The notes under the pieces were generated by a model that was not told the DNA's origin, searched no databases, and saw only the letters and a list, made by a program, of their open reading frames with translations. The translations under genes and the position numbers were made by a program. DNA of 64,000 bases from an uncultured Ruficoccus sp. Lineage in GTDB: Bacteria; Verrucomicrobiota; Verrucomicrobiia; Opitutales; Cerasicoccaceae. This document shows positions 40,435 through 50,972 of this stretch, piece after piece. The stretch is from positions 192,001 to 256,000 of the forward strand of contig OZ223475.1 in NCBI GenBank assembly GCA_965140785.1, read 5' to 3'. How positions within the stretch are numbered: position 1 is the stretch's first letter; each line of letters starts with the position of its first letter.

Positions 40435-41436
40435 ATGAAAAAAATTAAGCTTATTCTCCTGGCTACACTTGTGTCCACCGTGCCCGTTTCGGGTTTTGCC
40501 GCCAAGAAACTCCTGAACGTTTCCTACGACCCGACGCGGGAGTTTTACAGCGACTATAACAAATACTTCGAAGACTACTGGAAGCAAAAGACCGGGGAAA
40601 AGATTACCATCCGGCAGTCTCACGGCGGCGCGGGTAAGCAGGCGCGTTCAGTTATCGACGGGCTCAATGCCGACGTCGTAACGCTCGCGCTCGCCTACGA
40701 TATCGACGCCATCGCCGAGCGTACTGGCAAAATTCCCGCCGATTGGCAGAGTCGCCTGCCCAATGGCAGTTCACCCTACACCTCGACGATCGTTTTTCTC
40801 GTTCGTAAGGGAAACCCCAAACAGATCAAGGATTGGGATGACCTGACTAAAGACGGAGTCGAGGTGATCACCCCCAACCCGAAAACCTCCGGCGGTGCGC
40901 GCTGGAATTTTCTCGCCGCCTGGGCCTGGGCACTCGACAACTATGACGGCGACGAGACAAAGACGAAGAACTATGTCTCCCGACTCTACAATCATGTGCC
41001 CGTGCTCGATAGTGGGGCCCGTGGCGCTACCACGACTTTTGTCCAGCGCGGTATCGGTGACGTGCTCCTCGCTTGGGAGAACGAGGCTTTTCTTGCCCAG
41101 GAGGAGCTCGGGCGCGGTCAGTTCGATATCGTCGTGCCATCGGTCAGCATCCTGGCTCAGCCGCCCGTTACCGTCGTGGACGGCAACGCTGAAAAGAACG
41201 GAAACCTTGAGGTCGCGACTGCTTACCTGGAGCAGCTCTATTCGCCAACCGGCCAGAAGCTTGCCGCCAAGCACTACTACCGCCCGTGCAAGCCCGAGTA
41301 TGCGGACCCGGTTGATCTGGAGCGCTTGCCCGAGGTGAAGCTCGTCACGGTGGACGAGGCCTTCGGGGGCTGGCAGCAAGCGCAGAAGCGCTTCTTCGCC
41401 GATGGCGGAATCTTTGACCAGATTTACCTGCACTAG
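40435..41436 (+). CDS. sbp: Sulfate ABC transporter substrate-binding protein
   Basis: [32 protein letters not shown] and WENEA motifs. Confidence 0.95.
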   Translation: MKKIKLILLATLVSTVPVSGFAAKKLLNVSYDPTREFYSDYNKYFEDYWKQKTGEKITIRQSHGGAGKQARSVIDGLNADVVTLALAYDIDAIAERTGKIPADWQSRLPNGSSPYTSTIVFLVRKGNPKQIKDWDDLTKDGVEVITPNPKTSGGARWNFLAAWAWALDNYDGDETKTKNYVSRLYNHVPVLDSGARGATTTFVQRGIGDVLLAWENEAFLAQEELGRGQFDIVVPSVSILAQPPVTVVDGNAEKNGNLEVATAYLEQLYSPTGQKLAAKHYYRPCKPEYADPVDLERLPEVKLVTVDEAFGGWQQAQKRFFADGGIFDQIYLH

Positions 41437-41470
41437 TTGTCATGAATTATAACTACCACACACCGTTGCC

Positions 41471-42373
41471 ATGAGCCTCGTAATCAACACACGCTTCTTT
41501 TACCGCAGGCATCGGCGCCAGCTCAAATCGGACCAGCGCAAACGCCGCCGCCGCGCGCGCCGGGTGCTTCCCGGGTTTCCGCTGACAATGGGTATCACGC
41601 TGGCGACGCTCTCCATCGTCGTGCTGCTGCCTCTGGCCACCGCTTTTGCCAAGGCCGGTGGGATGAGTTGGAGCGAGTTTGCCGAAGCGGCGTTTTCCCC
41701 GCGGGTGCTGGCCTCGTATAAGTTGACCTTCGGTGTGGCCTTTGCCGCGGCGGCGGTCAATGCCGTCTTTGGCCTGCTGGTGGCCTGGGTGCTCTCGCGC
41801 TACCGCTTCCCGGGGCGCAAGCTGATCGACGCCCTGGTGGACCTGCCCTTTGCCCTGCCGACTGCCGTGGCCGGGATTTCGCTGACGGCGATCTACTCGC
41901 GTAACGGTTGGATGGGCTCGTGGCTCGAAGACCTTGGCGTCCAGGTGGCCTTCACGCCATTGGGGATTGCGATCGCGCTGATTTTTATCGGATTGCCTTT
42001 TGTCGTGCGGACCCTTCAGCCCGTGATCGAAGACCTCGACCGTGAGATGGAGGAAGCCTCGACCACGCTCGGAGCCGGGCGCTTCACGACCTTCCGGCGG
42101 GTAATCTTTCCGCTGTTGCTGCCGCCGCTGCTGACAGGCTTCTCCCTGGCATTCGCACGCGGCATCGGCGAGTACGGGTCGGTGGTCTTCATCTCCGGAA
42201 ACATGCCCATGCGCACGGAGATAGCCCCCCTGCTCATCGTGACCAAGCTTGAGCAGTACGATACCGCCGGGGCGACCGCTATCGCGGTGGTCATGCTGCT
42301 GGTGTCGTTCGGGCTGCTGCTGGGCATTAACCTTCTTCAACGCTGGAGCCACAAGCGGCTCGGAAACCAATAA
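41471..42373 (+). CDS. cysT: Sulfate ABC transporter permease
   Basis: DLPFALPTAVAG, PFVVRTLQP and GEYGSV motifs. Confidence 0.95.
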   Translation: MSLVINTRFFYRRHRRQLKSDQRKRRRRARRVLPGFPLTMGITLATLSIVVLLPLATAFAKAGGMSWSEFAEAAFSPRVLASYKLTFGVAFAAAAVNAVFGLLVAWVLSRYRFPGRKLIDALVDLPFALPTAVAGISLTAIYSRNGWMGSWLEDLGVQVAFTPLGIAIALIFIGLPFVVRTLQPVIEDLDREMEEASTTLGAGRFTTFRRVIFPLLLPPLLTGFSLAFARGIGEYGSVVFISGNMPMRTEIAPLLIVTKLEQYDTAGATAIAVVMLLVSFGLLLGINLLQRWSHKRLGNQ

Positions 42374-42379
42374 CTTACC

Positions 42380-43306
42380 ATGGCAGGAATTACACAATCA
42401 CGACTTGGGCGTATCCAACACTCGGTACCGGGTGGGATGGAGCCTTCCTGGAAACTCAAGGCGTTGCTCATCGGGGGGGCATTGCTTTTTCTCGCGGTGA
42501 TGTTGCTGCTGCCGCTGGCAGCGGTGTTCTTCGAAGCCCTCAGGCGGGGGGCGGGAGTCTTTATGGACAGCTTTGCCGATGAGGACGCCCGGCACGCGAT
42601 CAAACTCACCCTGCTGGTGGCCGGGATCGCCATCCCTTTTAACACCGTCTTCGGGCTTTGCGCTTCGTGGGCCATCGCGAAGTACACCTTCCCCGGCAAG
42701 AGTGTTCTGCTCACGCTGATCGATTTACCCTTTGCGGTGTCGCCCGTTATCGCCGGCTTGATCTACGTGCTGCTTTTCGGGGCGCAGGGTTGGTTTGGGC
42801 CATGGCTGGCCGAGCACGATGTGCAGATCATTTTTGCCGTGCCGGGTATCGTGCTGGCTACAGTTTTCGTCACCTTTCCCTTTGTCGCGCGGGAGCTGAT
42901 CCCGGTCATGCAGGCACAGGGTAATGATGAGGAACTGGCCGCGCTCACGCTTGGGGCCTCCGGTTGGCAGGCTTTTAGGCAGGTCACGCTGCCGAACGTC
43001 CGCTGGGCGCTTTTTTATGGCGTAGTACTCTGTAATGCGCGGGCGATGGGCGAATTCGGCGCCGTCTCGGTCGTCTCCGGACACATCCGAGGCGAGACTA
43101 ACACCGTCCCGCTGTACGTCGAAATTCTTTACAACGAGTACAACTTCGTGGCGGCCTTTGCCATGGCCTCGATGCTGGCTTTGCTGGCGCTGGTCACCCT
43201 CGCCGCCAAGTCATTCATCGAGTGGCGCGTCCAGCGGACGGCTCGAATCCGTTCCGGCGAACGTCTGCCCGATAACACACCTGTCCACCAACTTCAAAAG
43301 TCATGA
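42380..43306 (+). CDS. cysW: Sulfate ABC transporter permease
   Basis: [18 protein letters not shown] and [15 protein letters not shown] motifs. Confidence 0.95.
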   Translation: MAGITQSRLGRIQHSVPGGMEPSWKLKALLIGGALLFLAVMLLLPLAAVFFEALRRGAGVFMDSFADEDARHAIKLTLLVAGIAIPFNTVFGLCASWAIAKYTFPGKSVLLTLIDLPFAVSPVIAGLIYVLLFGAQGWFGPWLAEHDVQIIFAVPGIVLATVFVTFPFVARELIPVMQAQGNDEELAALTLGASGWQAFRQVTLPNVRWALFYGVVLCNARAMGEFGAVSVVSGHIRGETNTVPLYVEILYNEYNFVAAFAMASMLALLALVTLAAKSFIEWRVQRTARIRSGERLPDNTPVHQLQKS

Positions 43307-44409
43307 GTATCCTAGCCACCAACATCTCGAAGCATTTTGGCGTCACCTCGGCGCTGAAAAATATTACCTTAAAAGTCGCCAGTGGCCAACTGGTTGCTCT
43401 GGTCGGTCCCTCCGGCTCGGGTAAGACGACGCTGCTGCGCATTTTAGCCGGGCTGGAGAGCCCCGATCCGGGTAGCGGAGAGCTACGCTTTCACGACGAG
43501 GATGTGAGCCATCTGCCTGTGCAGAAGCGCCAGGTCGGAATGGTCTTCCAGCACTACGCGCTCTTCCGGCACCTGAGCGTGGAGCAGAATATCGCCTTCG
43601 GGCTCACGGTGAAGAAGCGGGGAAAGCGTCCGAGTCGTGCCGAGATCCGGGATAAAGTCGCCCGCCTGCTTCATCTCGTCCAGCTCGACGGACTGGGCAA
43701 ACGCCTGCCCGCGCAACTCTCCGGTGGCCAGCGCCAGCGTGTAGCGCTGGCTCGTGCGCTCGCCATCGAGCCGCGCATCCTGTTGCTTGACGAGCCCTTT
43801 GGCGCGCTCGACGCCAAGGTCCGCAAGGACCTGCGCCGCTGGCTGCGACACTTCCACGAAGAGATCAAGCTCACTACGGTGTTCGTCACCCACGACCAGG
43901 AGGAGGCGCTCGAACTCGCCGACGAGGTGGTGGTGATGAACCGCGCGCAGATCGCTCAGGTCGGCCCCCCGCAGGAGGTCTTTGATCATCCCGGTTCGCC
44001 CTTCGTGATCGAATTCATGGGCAACGTCAACCGGCTGGAGGCCGGGCTGCACCCCCGTGGTGAACGCGTACGCGATCAGCTATACGTGCGCCCTCATGAT
44101 GTGGAGATCCTCCCGGGCGGTTCGCCCGGCACGATTCCGGCCCGCGTGCTGCATATCTTTTCGGCAGGCAGCGCCGGGCGCGTCACACTGGAGCGTCTGA
44201 GTAACCGGGAGATGATTGAAGCGGAAATCTCCCGCGCCGACCTCGACGAGCTGAGGCCGAGTCCCGGGGAGGAAGTGGGAATTCGCTTCCGGCATATCCG
44301 GCTTTTTGCCAACACGCCTGAAGGGCAACAGCAATTGGTCGAAGACGACACCTTAGCCGATGCCCTCAACCCGCAAACGAAAGGACTTTTGACACGCGCA
44401 AGTGACTGA
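43303..44409 (+). CDS. cysA: Sulfate ABC transporter ATP-binding protein
   Basis: [20 protein letters not shown] and [15 protein letters not shown] motifs; TOBE-like tail. Confidence 0.95.
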   Translation: MSILATNISKHFGVTSALKNITLKVASGQLVALVGPSGSGKTTLLRILAGLESPDPGSGELRFHDEDVSHLPVQKRQVGMVFQHYALFRHLSVEQNIAFGLTVKKRGKRPSRAEIRDKVARLLHLVQLDGLGKRLPAQLSGGQRQRVALARALAIEPRILLLDEPFGALDAKVRKDLRRWLRHFHEEIKLTTVFVTHDQEEALELADEVVVMNRAQIAQVGPPQEVFDHPGSPFVIEFMGNVNRLEAGLHPRGERVRDQLYVRPHDVEILPGGSPGTIPARVLHIFSAGSAGRVTLERLSNREMIEAEISRADLDELRPSPGEEVGIRFRHIRLFANTPEGQQQLVEDDTLADALNPQTKGLLTRASD

Positions 44410-44412
44410 GCG

Positions 44413-44539
44413 ATGCGCGTCAATGCGACTGCGCGCAACGCCATGACCTTGACAGAGTCTTAACTCGGAAATGTATGGAGTTGCTGTTTTTGATGGTCAG
44501 CGACTTATGGGTGTGAATCCGCGTCCGGGGACCTCCAGG
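44413..44539 (+). repeat. ~125-bp direct repeat, copy 2
   Basis: Matches 37930-38054; begins just after the cysA stop. Confidence 0.75.
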
Positions 44540-44721
44540 GTTAAGATCCAGTCCTCCCAGGGTGGCAGCATGCCTGAAACTCAACCTGGAGTGTGCGATT
44601 TTTATGGTTTCTTGTTCCTTGACAGCAACTTATAGTTTTTTTAAAAAGTTGTCTTGAAGCCGTAAGCTTTACTTCTGTTGAGCAAGTTGGCGGGGTGGGG
44701 GAAGCTGTGAATCGCTGATCG

Positions 44722-45317
44722 ATGAACCGCCAGCAGCAGCAAGTCATCGACTATTTGGTCGAGGTACCGAACTGAGGCGTAGCCTCGGTGACAAAGCGTA
44801 GCGCCCAAATCGTGTTCTTCGGGAACAACTGAAGCTCCACGCCAAGGGCAAACGGATACGCTTCAACGCGAACCAACGCAGGCGTTTGGCCGAGAAAGGC
44901 CATTGCCTGGGGCGCAGGATACTGATGAAGATCGCAACGCTCGTGACGCCGGAGACGATCTATCGTTGGCATCGCCAATTCGTCGCGCTGGCGTATGGTC
45001 CGAAGGGCCGGGATCATTCCGTAGTTCATGCTCGGCGGGCCGAGCGCAATGCGATCATCGTCAAGCTTGCGGTTGAGAATTCGGGGTGGGGATACACACG
45101 CATCCAAGGAGTGATGCAGAATCTCGGTTATCCCAAACTGAGCACGTCGACCATCGGGGAGGTGCTGCGCGAGGCAGGTATTCGCCCGTCGCCGGAACGC
45201 AGCAGTCGTCTGGACTGGAAGACGTTTATCCGTGTTCACGCCGATCAACTTGCAGCCACTGACTTCTTCATGGTGCCGGTGTGGACTTTGCGCGGCCTGG
45301 CTATGTATCGGTTATGA
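44722..45317 (+). mobile_element. Fragment 2 of the integrase-core-domain IS element (interrupted and 3'-truncated)
   Basis: MNRQQQQVIDYLVE / NRVLREQL, ENSGWGYTRIQG, WKTFI and ATDFF; ends before the rest of the DDE core. Confidence 0.8.
44765..44806 (+). repeat. Structured 'TACCGA' mini-insert, copy A
   Basis: TACCGAA-CTGAGGCGTAGCCTCGG-TGACAA-AGCGTAGCG-CCC interrupts YLVE(E)NRVL. Confidence 0.65.
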
Positions 45318-45645
45318 TGGCCATCACGATCAAGGTGACTGTATTTCCAACCCGAATACGCCCGCTGGCCCAGGTGTCGTTCAGCATCCACGGCTGGTCA
45401 GGGTAGCGGGCGGCGCGCTCGCGCTGGGCGGCTGCGTGAGGGATAGAGTAAATGCCCCCGCCGATGATTCCCAGACCGATCAGTGTGAACACCGTCGCGA
45501 TAAGCGTCGGGATCGCACTGGCCATGCCGCCGCCGGTATCTTCAAACATGAAGAACATCATCACGCCAACTCCCGTAAAAACACAGCCGAAGAGCATGAG
45601 GAAGAGAGCAGTGAATACGGAAGCTGTTTTGCTGGGGACACTCAT
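45301..45645 (-). pseudogene. Membrane protein N-terminus truncated by the IS remnant
   Basis: Two TM helices plus YPDQPW...W, ending at the IS junction. Confidence 0.5.
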
Positions 45646-45676
45646 GAGCAGATAGGTTGATGCTGCTGTTACTAAC

Positions 45677-48600
45677 CTAGTACGTGAAATGGGACAGCGA
45701 ATAAATGCCGGGAGTAAGCTCGTCGAGCGATCCGATGTCGTCGATTACATGCGTGGGATCGGACTCGATATAGACGATGATCTTACCCTTGTCTGGGTAC
45801 AGCGTGACCTCTTCAGTCGGCTGGGCGACACCGCGGACGACATAGATAAAGTCATCCTTGTTCTTGATGAGCACATCCGGATTACCGACTCTGCTCGCGT
45901 TTTGATAGTTAAGGTAACTGCCTTCAGCCTTTAGGACGCAAGCTTCCGCCCCCTTTTGCACGTAGAGGAAGCGTTCGCCGTTATCGCAGGAAAACAGGCT
46001 GTATTCGTCTTTCGGTACGGGCTCGCCTTTCTGCCAGACGCGTGTTTCCGAGCCGCTATTCTCGACCAGAATAGGATCGATGATCATCTTCTCTTCCAGC
46101 AGAGACTCGCCATCGGGAACGCCCTTGGCCTGCTTGAAGAGGTGGTAGGTGGTGGTGTCGTAAAAGGCAAACGCGTTACCGGAGTCTCCAACCACGAATG
46201 TCTTGGGCTCTACGATCTGCTTTCCATTCTGGTAAAAGCGGTACTTCCCGGCCTCGCGTTTGAGCGTGACGGGGACGCCGTAGGCGTACGGCTGGATGAC
46301 TTCCTGAGGGTTCTTCGGCGGGGGAGGGGCCTGGCCTGGTCGACCGCGGTTGTCGTAGGGAACCATCCGGTGGATCTTGCCGGGGCGCTTGAGGTCGTTC
46401 GCCTCCAGGATGCCCCAGGGCTGGCCGTCCTTGAGGACGAGGGCGTCGCCGTTGGGGTAGGCGCCTCCTGGCGTCAGTTTACCGTCAGGGGTGCCGCCAT
46501 TGAAGAATAAGCTGAATTTCTTCTTGTCCGGCGATTGATACCAGACGGCAACATCGCGCCCCAAATCTTCAGCGTGGAAGAATTTATCCTCGCCCTGTTG
46601 GAAGCCCTGCACCTGAAAGGTATGCCCCCTTTTCCCGTCGAAAAGAATGAGTGTATTGCCACGCATGAACTGCTTAAGGCCGCCCAGTATCTGCCCGTGG
46701 TCGTAGAGGCGAAATTGGCCGCTCTTGGTCAGGTAAAGCATGGCCGGAGAGGAAACCTTTACCTGCATCTTCCCTCTGGCGTCGGGGTTTTTGACCGTCT
46801 CCGGGAGGAGGGCGTTTTCGGCGATCATGTAGTTTTGGCCCACGGGTTCATAAAAAACGCCATGCGCGAAGGGGGAGTCATTGCCGGAGTTCACGTCGAT
46901 CGGGCCCGCTTGTCGGTCATAGGCATAAACGTAGGGCCTGTAGGCGTCGTAGTGTTTCTCGTTGAGCCAGTGCCAGCGATCCATTCGCCACGTGTCGCTG
47001 TGGTAATAATGGCGTTTCTCGATTTCCTTGCCATCCTGATCAAGGCTAACGTACGGATTGCCGTAATCGTCATTCATGTACTGGTAGGTCTTTTCGGAGT
47101 GCGAGCTGCCCTGATCTTCGATCTCGCTGACCAGGCGGCCGTTCCCGAAGACGCTACGGCGGGTAATCTCGTCGCCCAGCCCCTGCACCTTAGTCAAGAC
47201 GTGGAGTTGGCCGTCAACTTTCTCGTAGCTGTGGCTGATGGTGATGTTTGTTTTGCCGCGCTGGCGCAGGAATTTGACGAGGCGACGGTCGTTATCGTAC
47301 TCAAACGTACATACCTCGATGAGCTGCCCGTTATTGATGAAGTACGAGTTCCGTACGGTCCCGTCGGGATTGTATTTGTAGATAGCATCGACGTCCCACA
47401 CCGTGCCGACGGTCGGTTTTTGCAGCAGGAGTTTGCGGCCGTTGTCAAAAAGCCGGTAGATGCCTTTTTCACGCTGAGCGGTTTCCTCGTCGGTGAAGTA
47501 ACGGTTCGTGGGATCGAAGCGTGTTCCGTCTTCGTCAAAATACATATCCTGATCGTCGTAGCGGAGGTAGGCGATGTCACCGTCCCAGTTGAGGTCGTAG
47601 AGACTGCCAACGTAGGGGCGAGGATTGAGAGGGGCGTCCGTCAGGTTGACATAGGGGCGCACATAGGAGGACTTCTCCTCGGGCGTGAATGTGTAGAGCG
47701 CGGCCACATCCTGCTGACTATAGCTAGGAACGGTTTCGCGGGTGCCGACGCTCGCGGCTGCGGGTGGCTGGAGGTCCAGTTGGAAATCGTCCGGCAGAGG
47801 CTCCACGTTTTCCTTCTCTTTATCGAGATAGCGGGCAGGATAGATACCGGGAACAGGTTTGGACAGCGCGTTGGGCAGCACATAGTCAAAAAAGTCATAA
47901 GGATCACCGCTGTTGTTATAGAGAACGAGGTCGGTGCCGTTTGTCTTGCCCTTTTTCATCCCAATCGGGTTCTCGATGCGCTCGCCGAAGCGAAAAAGCT
48001 CCAGTTCGCCCTTGTTCCCGACGACGTAGAACAGGTGCCTGCCGTGCAGTCGTCTCGAGGTCTCGAGTAGACGCCCTGGAAGCACCTTCTGGCCCGACTC
48101 CCTATCGAAATAGAGTGAGTCACTACTGAAGAAGGTCTGGTCCACGGAGTAGGTCAGGATGCCGCCATTAGTGGTCATGACTGCTTTGTTCTTTGAGCCT
48201 TTGAAGACCGATCGTCCTGCATAATAAGGCTCGATGTTTGAGCCGTTTAAGAAGGCAATGGTGTCGGTGCCTTTCATGATCAGTTCCGTTACCGGGAGTC
48301 TTTCGCTAGGCTTGAGGTCGGAGCCAGTCGGTACGCGGTAGTAGCTTTTATCGAAATCATCGTAGACAAGGATCTCGCTTTTATCCGAACGAACGCCAAA
48401 GACGACATCCTCGGCAATCTGGCCGTTACGGAATACGGAGACGGGGGTAACGCTGTCCTTGCGGACCGCGCCGTAGGCGAGTTCGTTGCGCTGCTGCAGG
48501 TCCGGGTAGTACTGGTAGCGGGCGGAGAATTCATCGCGAACGCCGTTGTTCTGGGCATGGACCCACTTGACGGGGTTACCATACTCGTCGAACTGGTACT

Positions 48601-49213
48601 CGACCTTTAGTTCGATAGAGTCACCTTCGGTACGTGAAGCTGTCAGGTGGCCATCTTTGTAGGTCAGGAAACGGCGCTTGGCGGGAGATGTGCCACGCTG
48701 GATGGTCTCGGTGACATTTACGCTGTCGCCGTCTACGGAGTAGGTATAGGTGGTGGTTTCCGTTTCGTCACCATCATGGCTGTTCACCCGAGTGAGGCGC
48801 CCGGCATCGTCATAAGCGTAGGTCTTCTCACTTTTTTTCTCTCGGTATTTTGAGATTTCTTTGACGAGTCGTCCATCACTGTAGGTGTAGTCTGTGTCGC
48901 GGCCAGCAGGGTAGGACACACGGGTGACGTTTCCCTCGACATCCGTTTGCCAGGTGACGGAGCCTTTGCCGGTGGGAAGGCCGTCCTCGTAATACACGTA
49001 GCTGTTCTCCTTGATGAGCAGGCCGTCCTCATCGAAGACCATCTTGTCCGCAGAGAAAACCGGGCCTTTCAGGTTAAAGTGCTCAGCCTTGTATTTGACT
49101 GGAATCGGGTTCATGGGAGCATTGCTCCAGTCAACCTTTTGGGCGAAAACTGCACCTCCCGGAATAATCCAGACGAGAGTTGCCACGAGGGAGAGCGCAT
49201 TTCTAATGGGCAT
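45677..49213 (-). CDS. Large secreted protein with two YD-repeat-like modules
   Basis: Signal peptide; YAYDDAGRLT, YQFDEYGNP, FEYDNDRRL and DDYGNP repeats; duplicated APxNPxP...FDEDG block. Confidence 0.7.
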   Translation of the reverse strand: MPIRNALSLVATLVWIIPGGAVFAQKVDWSNAPMNPIPVKYKAEHFNLKGPVFSADKMVFDEDGLLIKENSYVYYEDGLPTGKGSVTWQTDVEGNVTRVSYPAGRDTDYTYSDGRLVKEISKYREKKSEKTYAYDDAGRLTRVNSHDGDETETTTYTYSVDGDSVNVTETIQRGTSPAKRRFLTYKDGHLTASRTEGDSIELKVEYQFDEYGNPVKWVHAQNNGVRDEFSARYQYYPDLQQRNELAYGAVRKDSVTPVSVFRNGQIAEDVVFGVRSDKSEILVYDDFDKSYYRVPTGSDLKPSERLPVTELIMKGTDTIAFLNGSNIEPYYAGRSVFKGSKNKAVMTTNGGILTYSVDQTFFSSDSLYFDRESGQKVLPGRLLETSRRLHGRHLFYVVGNKGELELFRFGERIENPIGMKKGKTNGTDLVLYNNSGDPYDFFDYVLPNALSKPVPGIYPARYLDKEKENVEPLPDDFQLDLQPPAAASVGTRETVPSYSQQDVAALYTFTPEEKSSYVRPYVNLTDAPLNPRPYVGSLYDLNWDGDIAYLRYDDQDMYFDEDGTRFDPTNRYFTDEETAQREKGIYRLFDNGRKLLLQKPTVGTVWDVDAIYKYNPDGTVRNSYFINNGQLIEVCTFEYDNDRRLVKFLRQRGKTNITISHSYEKVDGQLHVLTKVQGLGDEITRRSVFGNGRLVSEIEDQGSSHSEKTYQYMNDDYGNPYVSLDQDGKEIEKRHYYHSDTWRMDRWHWLNEKHYDAYRPYVYAYDRQAGPIDVNSGNDSPFAHGVFYEPVGQNYMIAENALLPETVKNPDARGKMQVKVSSPAMLYLTKSGQFRLYDHGQILGGLKQFMRGNTLILFDGKRGHTFQVQGFQQGEDKFFHAEDLGRDVAVWYQSPDKKKFSLFFNGGTPDGKLTPGGAYPNGDALVLKDGQPWGILEANDLKRPGKIHRMVPYDNRGRPGQAPPPPKNPQEVIQPYAYGVPVTLKREAGKYRFYQNGKQIVEPKTFVVGDSGNAFAFYDTTTYHLFKQAKGVPDGESLLEEKMIIDPILVENSGSETRVWQKGEPVPKDEYSLFSCDNGERFLYVQKGAEACVLKAEGSYLNYQNASRVGNPDVLIKNKDDFIYVVRGVAQPTEEVTLYPDKGKIIVYIESDPTHVIDDIGSLDELTPGIYSLSHFTY

Positions 49214-49637
49214 GATAAGTTTTTTTAAAACAATGCCCGGATTGCTAAGTCAATATCCTAATCTAGGTGTCGCTTGACTTTTGAAAATCGCTCCGCGCAA
49301 CAGTATCAATACTACTCCGGAAGAGCATAAAGAGAATCATCGCTGGGGAAAAGACCACCTCGAGAATGAACTCGAGCGTGACCACCGGTTCGATGATGTC
49401 GCCCACGTGGCAGACCTCCAGCGCCTTGTAAGGGCCGACGACGGCTACCTTCGATGATGTTTACTGCGAGCACAATGTGAGCAAAGCGAGCTTCCATCGT
49501 TGGAGGTCCAAGTATGGGCAGGTGGCGCTGCGCGATGTGAAGCGCCTGAAGGAGCTTGAACGCGAGAACTCCGAGCTGAAGAAGCTGATGGCCGACCAGT
49601 TGCTGAACATCAAAGTGCTGGAGCAGGTAAACACAAA

Positions 49638-49675
49638 TACCGAGCCTCAGGCGACACTCTCAAACGCAGCACAGC
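49638..49675 (+). repeat. 'TACCGA' mini-insert, degenerate copy C
   Basis: TACCGAGC-CTCAGG-CGACACTC-TCAAACGCAGC-ACAGC at the end of IS3 orfA. Confidence 0.45.
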
Positions 49676-49720
49676 AGAACAAATCCTCACGTGGAGAGCT
49701 CCACAAACGCTTGCAGGACG

Positions 49721-49769
49721 TACCGAGCCTGTGCCGACAGGCACGGTGATACTCGAGCGCAGCGAAGAC
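49721..49769 (+). repeat. Structured 'TACCGA' mini-insert, copy B
   Basis: TACCGAGC-CTGTGCCGACAGGCACGG-TGATACTCG-AGCGCAGCG-AAGAC interrupts RLQD(E)CL. Confidence 0.65.
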
Positions 49770-50000
49770 ATGCCTCAAGCAGGAGTGGTTCCTCTCCTTG
49801 AGCGAAGCGCGCGTCGTCATCGAAAATTGGCGACGCAAATACAACAGCCAGCATCCGCACAGTCGTTTGGGCTTTATATTCCCCCCCCCCGACACCTTTG
49901 CCAAACTCTGGCAACAAACCAAGTACTCCCTCAACCCACAACACAACCACACGACAGAAAACCTCTCATAGCAACTGGGCCAAAAGATGGGACTCAGCCA

Positions 50001-50090
50001 GCTTGGCCGAGACAGGTCGTTGCCTTGGCCGCAAGGTGTTGATGGTCTCACGACGTTGGTGACGCCGGAGACGATCCACCGCTGGCAGGG
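50001..50090 (+). mobile_element. Fragment 3 of the integrase-core-domain IS element
   Basis: LAETGRCLGRKVL...TLVTPETIHRW, homologous to 44886-44970. Confidence 0.65.
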
Positions 50091-50189
50091 AGCAGTCCGG
50101 CTTGATCCTATCGCTGATGTAGTGGAGGTTTACCGATTCTGGCTCGAACGCAAAGCTGCCCATACATGGCAGTTCGTGGTGACTGAGCG

Positions 50190-50972
50190 TCAGGGAGAGG
50201 ATATCGGGATGAGCAGGCTGTTCCAGCGGGTCATGGCCTTGTTGGTGGGATAAAAGACGCACAGCGCCCGGCTCTGGTCCCGAATCGGCCAGTGGCGGCG
50301 GTACACGAGCTTGAATTTATCGTCCTCGTCAATGGCGGCCATGACCTGGAATTGCTTGGGTTTTTCACCCATGACATTAATCAGGTTGCCTTCCCGGGGC
50401 TTGAGGGTCAGGCGCTGGTTTTGGGTGGCTACCTGCAAGGGGCGGCTGCCTAGATTGAAACCGTAAACGCTGCCGCGGGGAAGATGGCTTAAATCGACAG
50501 GCAGCGGATAGAGGGCGGCGGGTTGATTGCCCAGCGAATCCTGCCCGAGCAGAAAGTACGTGCCCTGACCGGCGGGCAGGCGGCAGCCCAAGCGGGGTGC
50601 ATACGTGTCCTCCTCCTCGGCGGTTGCTGCGGGAATGCGCTCGTAGAGGATGAATCCGCGGGGACCCCGGTAGTGGATGGTGGGGCTGATCTTGTTGCTG
50701 ACGAGTTCGAGGGGGCGGTATCCCTCCGGCGTCCAGTAGTAATACTCCCGGGATCGACTGCGGTACTCGCGCGGCATTTCATCCCCGCTGGCCAGGTTGA
50801 TGGGCGGTGTGTAGCGGTGCAGTAAGATACTGACTTCCGCAGTGACCTCCGGCGTGGTTTGGGCATGCAGAGGCGTGAGCAAGGCGAGCAGGCAGGCCAT
50901 CGCACCGGCCAGCAGAAAGAGGCCTGGATGGGGGGCGAGGCGGGGAGGGCGCGGGTATGGGTTAAATCTCAT
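50190..50972 (-). CDS. Exported hypothetical protein translationally coupled to the PilX-like gene
   Basis: Signal peptide; overlaps the upstream stop; beta-rich sequence. Confidence 0.6.
   Translation of the reverse strand: MRFNPYPRPPRLAPHPGLFLLAGAMACLLALLTPLHAQTTPEVTAEVSILLHRYTPPINLASGDEMPREYRSRSREYYYWTPEGYRPLELVSNKISPTIHYRGPRGFILYERIPAATAEEEDTYAPRLGCRLPAGQGTYFLLGQDSLGNQPAALYPLPVDLSHLPRGSVYGFNLGSRPLQVATQNQRLTLKPREGNLINVMGEKPKQFQVMAAIDEDDKFKLVYRRHWPIRDQSRALCVFYPTNKAMTRWNSLLIPISSP

Larger units (their letters stand above)
49465..50000 (+). mobile_element. IS3-family remnant (orfA, tail of orfB, probable right end)
   Basis: orfA SKASFHRWRSKYG...RLKELERENSELKKL; orfB NPHVES...CLKQEWFLSLSEARVVIENWRRKYN..HPHS; ends ...GGGACTCAGCCA. 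Confidence 0.85.

Noticed and set aside
45677..49213. RHS polymorphic toxin
   Set aside because: No RHS core end motif, no distinct toxin tip and no small immunity gene.
49312..49464. Short minus-strand ORF 49312-49497
   Set aside because: Overlaps IS debris; no assignable family.
44765..49769. Mini-inserts as hammerhead ribozymes or group II intron ends
   Set aside because: No CUGANGA/GAAA core and no domain V/VI consensus found on either strand.
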